A stretch of 5,891 nt of DNA from an uncultured archaeon (GCA_964565725.1 CAZMGA010000028.1:1-5891), one strand, 5' to 3'. Counted from the stretch's first letter, positions 1 to 4,911 are shown. A program made the numbers and translations. The notes: a model not told the origin generated them from the letters alone.

Positions 1-396
1 TTTTGCAAAATCAAAATGCCCTCCTCTTTCATCAGCGACATAAAATCTAAAACAAAAACCTTCTATCATATCTAATTTAGCTTGTGCGCTAGGCAAATTT
101 GAAATTGTACTTATTAATTGTTTTTCAGTAATTATTTTACCTTGTTTATATTCTATAGGCAAATCTTTATGTTCAAAAACTCTTAAAGATGCTTTACTAA
201 AATTAGGTTTTTTTATTTTTGGGTTTTTATTCACTTGTGTACATCTGTCAACTGAACATTCCCAACCCTCTGGCATTTTTGATACGCTTTCAATTTTTGG
301 CTTTTTTACATGATGTAAGGCACTATGACCAGTAGATAATCCTAATCCAGCTGCCAAAGCAATTGTAGCTATTTTAGATGTTCTAATTTTAGGCAT
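1..396 (-). CDS. Hypothetical secreted or membrane-anchored protein; N-terminus is in the window and the C-terminus runs off the left edge
   Basis: Hand translation of the minus strand from ATG (396..394) stays open for 132 codons to position 1: MPKIRTSKIATIALAAGLGLSTGHSALHHVKKPKIESVSKMPEGWECSVDRCTQVNKNPKIKKPNFSKASLRVFEHKDLPIEYKQGKIITEKQLISTISNLPSAQAKLDMIEGFCFRFYVADERGGHFDFAK. The N-terminus looks like a Sec signal or anchor, with basic MPKIRTSK, hydrophobic IATIALAAGLGL, then HSA. It is absent from the ORF track, probably because no stop lies in the window. No family recognised. Confidence 0.6.
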   Translation of the reverse strand, partial: MPKIRTSKIATIALAAGLGLSTGHSALHHVKKPKIESVSKMPEGWECSVDRCTQVNKNPKIKKPNFSKASLRVFEHKDLPIEYKQGKIITEKQLISTISNLPSAQAKLDMIEGFCFRFYVADERGGHFDFAK

Positions 397-490
397 ATAA
401 TCACACTACATATATAATAAGTAAAACTATTTAAATAATTTATTAATATATAAAACAATATAAATTATTTGGAATATATATTATTTATAT

Positions 491-497
491 GAGGTGG
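491..497 (+). promoter_or_regulatory. Shine-Dalgarno site for asnS
   Basis: GAGGTGG lies 4 nt upstream of ATG 502 and is complementary to the conserved CCUCC-containing 3' end of 16S rRNA. The 397..490 spacer is almost pure A+T with several TATA-like runs that could serve both divergent genes. Confidence 0.6.
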
Positions 498-501
498 TAT
501 A

Positions 502-1788
502 ATGAACATCAAAAAAATATTCATAGAAAAAGAATTAAATAAACAATATGAAATAAAAGGTTGGGTATATAGAATCAGAAAAATGAAAGATAAAATTTTT
601 ATAGTTATAAGAGATTCTTACGGAATCATTCAAACAGTATTTGATAATAATACTACCTCTTTTACAAATGCTGAAAAACTAAAAGTTGAAAGTTCTGTTA
701 TTATAAAAGGAATTTTAGAAAGAGAAGAAAAAGCACCAGGCGGATATGAATTAAAAGGAGAATCATTAGAAATTGTAAATGTAGGGGATGACTTTCCTAT
801 ATCAAAAGATTTTTCTGTTGAATTTTTAGCAGATAAAAGACATTTATGGTTAAGAAGTAGAAAAATAACTACTTTATTAAAAATAAGAAGTACAGCTATT
901 AAAGCAATTCACGAATATTTTGATTCACAAGATTTTTACGAATTTCAAAGTCCAATTTTACAATCAACTCAATGTGAAGGAGGTTCAGAATTATTTGAAG
1001 TAAAATATTTTGATAAAAAAATGTTTTTAACTCAAACTTGGCAATTACCTGCCGAAGCAGGAATATTTTCTTTAGAAAAAATTTATACTGTTTCACCAAC
1101 ATTTAGGGCAGAAAAATCTTTAACATCTAGACATTTAACTGAGTTTTGGATGATTGAAGCAGAAATGGCTTGGTACAATTTTGAAGATATGATTAACACT
1201 GGAGAAGCCCTAATAAAACACATTGTAAAAAGAGTTTTAGAAGAACATAAAGAAGATTTAGAAACAGTATTACAAAGAGATACTTCTAAATTATTAGCAA
1301 CAATTGAAAAACCATTTCCTAGAATTACATATGATGAAGCATTAAAATTATTGAAAGAAAAATGTAATTTTGAAGTAGAATGGGGAAAAGATTTAAGAAC
1401 ATTAGAAGAAGAAAAATTAGTTTCTTTGTATGATAGGCCAGTAATAGTTACAAGATACCCTAAATGTGTTAAAGCATTTTATATGAAAGAAGACCCTAAA
1501 AATCCAAATGTTGTTTTGGGAGCAGATTTTTTAGCACCAGAAGGATGCGGGGAAATTATTGGAGGAAGTGAAAGAGAAGAAAATATCAATTCAATAATTA
1601 AAAGATTAGAAGAGCAAGGTGAAGACCCAAAAAATTATGAATTTTATTTGGATACACGAAAATATGGAAGTGTACCTCACGCAGGATTTGGTATGGGTTT
1701 AGAAAGAGTAATAAGATGGATTGCAGGAATAGATACTATAAAAGATGCAATTGCATTTCCTAGAACCCCTACAAGAAATTATCCTTAA
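502..1788 (+). CDS. asnS: Asparaginyl-tRNA synthetase (class IIb aminoacyl-tRNA synthetase)
   Basis: 428-aa ORF with ATG start, SD and TAA stop. It has an N-terminal OB-fold-like segment (KGWVYRIRKMKDKIFIVIRD), class II motif 2 FRAEKSLTSRHLTEFWMIEAEMAW, motif 3 GFGMGLERVIRWIAG and a C-terminal AFPRTPTR. The EFWMxE context, FPRTP tail and roughly 430-aa length resemble AsnRS more than AspRS. The Asn versus Asp assignment is from remembered motifs, not an alignment. Confidence 0.85.
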   Translation: MNIKKIFIEKELNKQYEIKGWVYRIRKMKDKIFIVIRDSYGIIQTVFDNNTTSFTNAEKLKVESSVIIKGILEREEKAPGGYELKGESLEIVNVGDDFPISKDFSVEFLADKRHLWLRSRKITTLLKIRSTAIKAIHEYFDSQDFYEFQSPILQSTQCEGGSELFEVKYFDKKMFLTQTWQLPAEAGIFSLEKIYTVSPTFRAEKSLTSRHLTEFWMIEAEMAWYNFEDMINTGEALIKHIVKRVLEEHKEDLETVLQRDTSKLLATIEKPFPRITYDEALKLLKEKCNFEVEWGKDLRTLEEEKLVSLYDRPVIVTRYPKCVKAFYMKEDPKNPNVVLGADFLAPEGCGEIIGGSEREENINSIIKRLEEQGEDPKNYEFYLDTRKYGSVPHAGFGMGLERVIRWIAGIDTIKDAIAFPRTPTRNYP

Positions 1789-1802
1789 AATAAAATTAAA
1801 TT

Positions 1803-1836
1803 GTAGGTTTGAAACCTACTTCTTGTTTTATTTTTA
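1803..1836. terminator. Hairpin with flanking T/A tracts between convergent genes; possible bidirectional terminator
   Basis: GTAGGTT (1803..1809) and AACCTAC (1813..1819) form a 7-bp stem with a 3-nt loop. It is followed on the + strand by TTCTTGTTTTATTTTT, and on the minus strand by AATTTAATTTTATTTT. It starts 15 nt after the asnS stop. Confidence 0.5.
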
Positions 1837-1899
1837 AATAAATTTTATATTCACCAAAACTTGCATCTTCTTTTACTAAATAATTATGCTTCATTTATC

Positions 1900-2043
1900 T
1901 CACTCAATCCTCGGGATAAATATATTTTTACCTGTTTTTAGTTCTTCTTTGGCGTGTTTAGGACATAAATAAGTAGTCTTGGTTTCTTCTTTCAATACGT
2001 ATTCTGCGGGTTCTTTGCATTTTGAACAAGTTTGTTTAGCCAT
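1900..2043 (-). CDS. Small zinc-ribbon-like protein (47 aa), not in the supplied ORF track
   Basis: Hand translation from ATG 2043..2041 to TGA 1902..1900 gives MAKQTCSKCKEPAEYVLKEETKTTYLCPKHAKEELKTGKNIFIPRIE. It carries a CxxC...CPxH four-ligand pattern. The segment is visibly richer in G+C than its flanks. A purine-rich AAAGGGA lies 7 nt upstream of the ATG. It sits 67 nt downstream of the TPR gene on the same strand. Confidence 0.5.
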   Translation of the reverse strand: MAKQTCSKCKEPAEYVLKEETKTTYLCPKHAKEELKTGKNIFIPRIE

Positions 2044-2110
2044 AAATTTATCCCTTTTCTATTAATCCCATATAATATTCCTCAAATTAAAGGTATAAAC
2101 AAAGTTTTTC

Positions 2111-2944
2111 CTATTTTAATCTCCTTTTGGCTTCAAATAATAATTCTTCTGTTTCTTCAATTAATCCTTTATTTTTTGTAAGTTTTATGGATTCTTTAAA
2201 ATCAGATATTGCCTTTTCATATTGTTTTAAATTAAAGAATGTTAATCCTCTACTGTAATATTTATAGGTTGCTTGTTTATCTTCATTATTTTTGGTAGAA
2301 TTAATATATTCATTAAGTAATTCTAATGCATATTTATAATCGTGACGCTCTACAGCATAAACCCCTTCTTTATAAAACCACATTAATATCCAATCTTTGT
2401 CTTCGGGGCAATATTTAAGATTTAGTTCAACTAAATATTTAATATGTTTGGCAGGAACTAATACATCTATTTGATTACCAAATGTTTCAGGAGTAATTCT
2501 TCCATTATATTTTAGTAACATATAATATTTTCTTCTAACAATATTTTTAATGAAATCATTAGGAGTTTTTATAATATCTCTATTATAGATTTCATTATCT
2601 CTAATTAGGGGGTCAATAGTATTATTAGAATCATGAATATCATTTTCAGATTTCATAACAAAATCATCTATTTTTAATTTTGGATGGTTTGATTTTATAA
2701 TTTCGTCAACGGGAATTGTTTTTATGTAATTAAATAGTTTTTCAAGCTCATTTTTTCTTTCTAATGCGATTAATATTCCTGCTTTGGCATATATAAAAAC
2801 CAGATTATAAGGATATTTTAATAATACAGAATCTATTAATTTTATTGCATCATCGTCATTTCCATTAGATATTAATGTATTTATTTGTTTGTCTATTTGT
2901 TTTATTTTGTAATCTTTAATTTGGTTTTTTAAAAAATTAATCAT
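2111..2944 (-). CDS. TPR-like repeat protein (277 aa), function unknown
   Basis: ORF with ATG start and TAG stop. The C-terminal segment YKYYSRGLTFFNLKQYEKAISDFKESIKL fits the TPR consensus (aromatic, G, large hydrophobics, A, then helix B). The preceding YKYALELLNEYI and the N-terminal AIKLIDSVLLKYPYNLVFIYAKAGILIAL look like further helical-repeat units. The middle 100 aa are unrecognised. There is no SD. A TATA-like ATAAATTAATAAATAT (minus sense, 2977..2962) ends 17 nt before the ATG, suggesting a leaderless or short-leader mRNA. Confidence 0.7.
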   Translation of the reverse strand: MINFLKNQIKDYKIKQIDKQINTLISNGNDDDAIKLIDSVLLKYPYNLVFIYAKAGILIALERKNELEKLFNYIKTIPVDEIIKSNHPKLKIDDFVMKSENDIHDSNNTIDPLIRDNEIYNRDIIKTPNDFIKNIVRRKYYMLLKYNGRITPETFGNQIDVLVPAKHIKYLVELNLKYCPEDKDWILMWFYKEGVYAVERHDYKYALELLNEYINSTKNNEDKQATYKYYSRGLTFFNLKQYEKAISDFKESIKLTKNKGLIEETEELLFEAKRRLK

Positions 2945-2987
2945 AATAATATTGGATATGGATATTTATTAATTTATCTTTTCATCT

Positions 2988-3048
2988 CTTTAAGGACTTT
3001 AAGGCCTAAATCAGTCGTTTGGTAATATATGAAATTGTTAGATTTAGG
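2988..3048. promoter_or_regulatory. Repeat cluster between two divergent TATA-like boxes; candidate operator
   Basis: CTTTAAGG is repeated in tandem at 2988..2995 and 2997..3004 (9-nt period). An 8-bp inverted repeat follows, CCTAAATC (3005..3012) and GATTTAGG (3041..3048), with a 28-nt spacer. It ends 4 nt before the TATA-like box at 3053. Confidence 0.3.
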
Positions 3049-3052
3049 TAAG

Positions 3053-3061
3053 TATATAAAA
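3053..3061 (+). promoter_or_regulatory. TATA-like box for the 3081 gene; implies a leaderless mRNA
   Basis: TATATAAAA is centred about 24 nt upstream of ATG 3081, with purine-rich AGGTAAG just upstream (BRE-like). No SD lies between it and the ATG. This spacing matches the usual archaeal distance from TATA box to transcription start. Confidence 0.4.
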
Positions 3062-3080
3062 GTATTTGTTTATTTTTAAT

Positions 3081-3467
3081 ATGGGTATTTTTAGTAAAAT
3101 TAAACAAAACATTGTAGGTGATAATGAGGCTAAAAGAAATCCTATAATTATAAAGGAACGAAGATATTCTTGGGATGAAGTAAAGGAAGAATATTTTAAA
3201 ATTCATAAAGGATTAACTTGGATAGAAAGAATTGGTGAATTTGATCCTATTGATAATATAATTGTTAAGATAGATAATACAGGATATTTTTTTACAGACA
3301 TTGTTATGCTAAATAGAAAAAGAAGGTTTGAGGAAATTAAGAATATATTATTTGAATCTAAAAAAATAACTCTTAAATGGACTGATTATTGTGGTGATTT
3401 AATATCTATTTGGTATGCCGTAAAGTCTAAAGAAGATGTTGAAAAAAAGCTAAAATTATCAGACTAA
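3081..3467 (+). CDS. Hypothetical protein (128 aa from ATG 3081)
   Basis: The ORF track frame starts at TTG 3066. I prefer ATG 3081 because the TTG lies only 5 nt after the TATA-like box. Product: MGIFSKIKQNIVGDNEAKRNP...WTDYCGDLISIWYAVKSKEDVEKKLKLSD, with TAA stop. No family recognised. The amphipathic MGIFSKIKQNI start superficially resembles the N-terminus of PspA-type proteins, but the rest is not coiled-coil-like. Confidence 0.65.
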   Translation: MGIFSKIKQNIVGDNEAKRNPIIIKERRYSWDEVKEEYFKIHKGLTWIERIGEFDPIDNIIVKIDNTGYFFTDIVMLNRKRRFEEIKNILFESKKITLKWTDYCGDLISIWYAVKSKEDVEKKLKLSD

Positions 3468-3492
3468 TATATAATTTTAATCTATCTCTTCA

Positions 3493-3500
3493 TTTTTTTT
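3493..3500 (+). terminator. Oligo-T tract downstream of the 3081..3467 gene
   Basis: A T8 run begins 26 nt after the stop codon. Archaeal termination typically uses oligo-T signals. Confidence 0.4.
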
Positions 3501-3529
3501 AAGAGCTTAAGCTTAATTTAGGTTTTATT

Positions 3530-3922
3530 TTAAATATTCTTCCAGAAAACGCCCAAAGAAATTGGGAGTGAAAATAGGGCTATACAACCAGATATTATTA
3601 AAACTATTAATGTTATTTTTGCGAAAAGGTATATTTTATTATTAGGGTATTTTGAATATCCCAAAATATAAAAAATATAAGGTATGCCAAAAATTATGAA
3701 AATTCCAAAAATATATCCAATAAGTTCGTTTACTAAAAGAGGGGTGTCTGAGTTTGTACCTAAAAATATTTGGGGTATTGAAATAAATGAAATTAATAAG
3801 AATCTAATTAAAACACCAATACTTGATATCCAAAAAAGAATTCTAAAAATTATTTAATGAATTAGAAGCACAAAAAACAAAGGAAAGTAGATTTGTGAAA
3901 CAATTAGATAAATTAGATGCAT
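3530..3922 (-). pseudogene. Multi-helix membrane-protein frame interrupted by one in-frame TAA (22 codons, stop, 107 codons)
   Basis: Hand translation of the minus strand gives ATG 3922..3920 MHLIYLIVSQIYFPLFFVLLIH, then TAA (3856..3854). The same frame continues IIFRILFWISSIGVLIRFLLISFISIPQIFLGTNSDTPLLVNELIGYIFGIFIIFGIPYIFYILGYSKYPNNKIYLFAKITLIVLIISGCIALFSLPISLGVFWKNI, then TAA (3532..3530). The 107-codon part has no ATG or GTG and no TTG until 44 codons before its stop, which is why it is missing from the ORF track. It shows three clear hydrophobic spans. No + strand frame is open for more than about 45 codons across 3530..3853, so it is not the shadow of a + strand gene. Confidence 0.4.
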
Positions 3923-4056
3923 TTATTCAATCAAAAATATATTCGAAAAATTATAATTCTGATTATTTAGCATTTAAAAAAGATGTTGAAAAAATAACTA
4001 CTTATAAAGACATTAAAAATATTGTTAATAAAATACATATCAAATGGAGGGATTAA
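3895..4056 (+). CDS. Possible small protein (53 aa, GTG start) abutting the lipoprotein gene
   Basis: The + frame is open for 70 codons (3847..4053) and ends in TAA 4054..4056, immediately before ATG 4057. The only canonical in-frame start is GTG 3895, with AAGGAAAG 8 nt upstream. Product from GTG: MKQLDKLDAFIQSKIYSKNYNSDYLAFKKDVEKITTYKDIKNIVNKIHIKWRD. It is below the apparent size cut-off of the ORF track. Confidence 0.3.
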   Translation: MKQLDKLDAFIQSKIYSKNYNSDYLAFKKDVEKITTYKDIKNIVNKIHIKWRD

Positions 4057-4533
4057 ATGAAATATTTATTTTTTATAGGATTAATTATTGGATTATTTTC
4101 AATAATTTTATTTTCAGGATGTGTTTCAAATAAACAACAAGATTTAACAAATAATGATTGGCAGAATCAACAAAAAAATGATTTATTAGATGATACAATT
4201 GGTGAAACTCAAGAACAAGTAAATGAAACAAATATAGAAACAGAATTAAAAGATAATGAAATTAAACATTGTGTTTGTCATTTAACTAATATTCAATATG
4301 ATTATTGGATTGCAAAGGAAGAATTAGCAAGAGAAACAACTATTGGAGGAAAAGTAAAAAATGTAATTAATAAAATAGAAAGTTGTGCAATAATAGATAA
4401 CATTCCAAAACAATGTGTTCCTGTTAATGATGTCGGTGGTTTTGAAGATTTAAAAAATGCATTTTTACAAGAAACAAAAACTATGAATTGTAATTGTGAT
4501 ATTATAGAATACAATTCAAAATATTTTAATTAG
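4057..4533 (+). CDS. Cys-rich secreted lipoprotein (158 aa), function unknown
   Basis: A strong SD (GGAGGG, 4046..4051) lies 5 nt before the ATG. The N-terminus MKYLFFIGLIIGLFSIILFSGC has a hydrophobic core ending in a lipobox-like LFSGC. A Q/N/D/E-rich linker follows, then a domain with six Cys arranged HCVCH...C-x9-C...CNC. TAG stop. Confidence 0.75.
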   Translation: MKYLFFIGLIIGLFSIILFSGCVSNKQQDLTNNDWQNQQKNDLLDDTIGETQEQVNETNIETELKDNEIKHCVCHLTNIQYDYWIAKEELARETTIGGKVKNVINKIESCAIIDNIPKQCVPVNDVGGFEDLKNAFLQETKTMNCNCDIIEYNSKYFN

Positions 4534-4560
4534 GCAAATGCCTAATTCTTTTTTTATTTT
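4530..4560 (+). terminator. Hairpin plus T tract overlapping the lipoprotein stop codon
   Basis: TTAGGC (4530..4535) and GCCTAA (4540..4545) form a 6-bp stem with loop AAAT. TTCTTTTTTTATTTT (4546..4560) follows. Confidence 0.5.
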
Positions 4561-4613
4561 AAAAAATCAAATGCGCCCAAGAAAAACACTGATTAAGGGA
4601 CTTCTTAGGTTTT

Positions 4614-4650
4614 TAATAAAGTTTTGCTTATAAATAAAGAAACTTTATTA
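4614..4650. other. 11-bp A/T-rich inverted repeat abutting the tRNA 3' end; possible trailer or terminator hairpin
   Basis: TAATAAAGTTT (4614..4624) is the exact reverse complement of AAACTTTATTA (4640..4650), with a 15-nt loop. On the minus strand it starts immediately after the tRNA discriminator base, and its loop reads CTTTATTTATAAGCA (T-rich). Confidence 0.35.
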
Positions 4651-4723
4651 TGATCCTACGGAGACTCGAACTCCGGTCAAAAGCTCCGCAAGCTTTCATT
4701 CTATCCAACTAAACTATAGGACC
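4651..4723 (-). tRNA. tRNA-Arg(GCG): tRNA-Arg, anticodon GCG; no intron and no encoded CCA
   Basis: The reverse complement is GGTCCTATAGTTTAGTTGGATAGAATGAAAGCTTGCGGAGCTTTTGACCGGAGTTCGAGTCTCCGTAGGATCA. It folds as a cloverleaf. The acceptor stem is GGTCCTA/TAGGATC (7 bp, one G-U). The D arm is GTTT/GAAT with loop AGTTGGATA. The anticodon stem is AAAGC/GCTTT with loop TTGCGGA (anticodon GCG). The variable loop is 4 nt, the T arm is CGGAG/CTCCG with loop TTCGAGT, and the discriminator is A. Confidence 0.9.
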
Positions 4724-4756
4724 AATAAAATATAAAAGAAATTAGATTAGATAAAT

Positions 4757-4791
4757 ATAAAAATAGAAAAAAATGAGAATAAATCTCATTT
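4757..4791 (-). terminator. Hairpin plus T tract downstream of dnaG, overlapping the likely tRNA promoter region
   Basis: AAATGAGA (4771..4778) and TCTCATTT (4784..4791) form an 8-bp stem with a 5-nt loop. On the minus strand the hairpin is followed by TTTTCTATTTTTAT. That same T/A-rich stretch (minus sense TTTTTATATTTAT) lies about 30-40 nt upstream of the tRNA 5' end and could be its TATA box. Confidence 0.35.
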
Positions 4792-4836
4792 ATATTTTAA
4801 AAAATAAAACTACGTATCATATTCATGAACGTCTAA

Positions 4837-4874
4837 GCCTCTGAATGGCTTGTGAAGGCAAGAGCTTCTGAGGT
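4837..4874. other. GC-enriched imperfect hairpin in the dnaG-tRNA spacer
   Basis: The lower stem pairs 4837..4845 with 4866..4874 (G-T, C-G, C-G, T-A, C-G, a T/T mismatch, G-C, A-T, A-T). A 3x3 internal loop follows, then an upper stem CTTG (4849..4852) and CAAG (4859..4862) with loop TGAAGG. G+C content stands out against the A/T-rich surroundings. Confidence 0.4.
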
Positions 4875-4876
4875 AT

Positions 4877-4911
4877 TTGACGTTTTTAAGCGTCAAACTC
4901 AAAAACGTCAA
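4877..4911. other. 11-bp perfect inverted repeat enclosing the dnaG stop codon
   Basis: TTGACGTTTTT (4877..4887) is the exact reverse complement of AAAAACGTCAA (4901..4911), with a 13-nt loop. The dnaG TAA (complement of 4886..4888) sits at the top of the stem. A third copy of the hexamer, CGTCAA at 4891..4896, lies in the loop and offers an alternative pairing. Confidence 0.45.

Noticed and set aside
899-1102. 67-aa minus-strand ORF inside asnS
   Set aside because: It lies entirely within, and antisense to, a confidently identified synthetase gene. Its F/L/I/K-rich composition is the typical shadow of an AT-rich coding region.
1796-1894. 32-aa minus-strand ORF (MKHNYLVKEDASFGEYKIYLKIKQEVGFKPTI) just after the Zn-ribbon ORF
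   Set aside because: It is very short and its 3' part is the terminator-like hairpin at 1803..1819. It ends only 7 nt from the asnS stop, and no motif supports it. It could be real but cannot be supported from sequence alone.
3066-3080. TTG 3066 as the start of the 133-aa ORF
   Set aside because: It begins only 5 nt after the TATA-like box and adds just MFIFN. ATG 3081 fits a leaderless transcript better. This is not excluded without transcription start data.
3006-3206. 66-aa minus-strand ORF across the 2945..3080 spacer and the 5' end of the 3081 gene
   Set aside because: It overlaps the TATA-like box and the better-supported + strand gene. Its composition is low-complexity and F/I/L/N-rich, and it has no SD or promoter context.
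3242-3249. TGATCCTA matching the first 8 nt of the tRNA 3' end (4651..4658) as a possible att-site duplication bounding an integrated element
   Set aside because: An 8-nt match in about 12 kb of two-strand search space is within chance expectation. It lies inside a CDS, and no integrase is present.
3504-3513. AGCTTAAGCT perfect 10-nt palindrome (overlapping HindIII-like AAGCTT sites) between convergent genes
   Set aside because: It is too short and has no loop to form a hairpin. It is plausibly chance, with no second copy in the window.
4302-4514. 70-aa minus-strand ORF inside the lipoprotein gene
   Set aside because: It is an antisense shadow of a gene with a strong SD, signal peptide and terminator.
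4593-4609. TTAAGGGACTTCTTAGG resembling the CTTTAAGGACTTTAAGG tandem at 2988..3004 as a shared regulatory motif
   Set aside because: There are only two imperfect instances, which need indels to align. This cannot be told apart from chance without a genome-wide motif count. It is mentioned under the promoter finding only as something to test.
4571-4633. 20-aa plus-strand ORF (MRPRKTLIKGLLRFLIKFCL) between the lipoprotein gene and the tRNA
   Set aside because: It is tiny, has no SD, runs into the tRNA-trailer hairpin and has no supporting motif.
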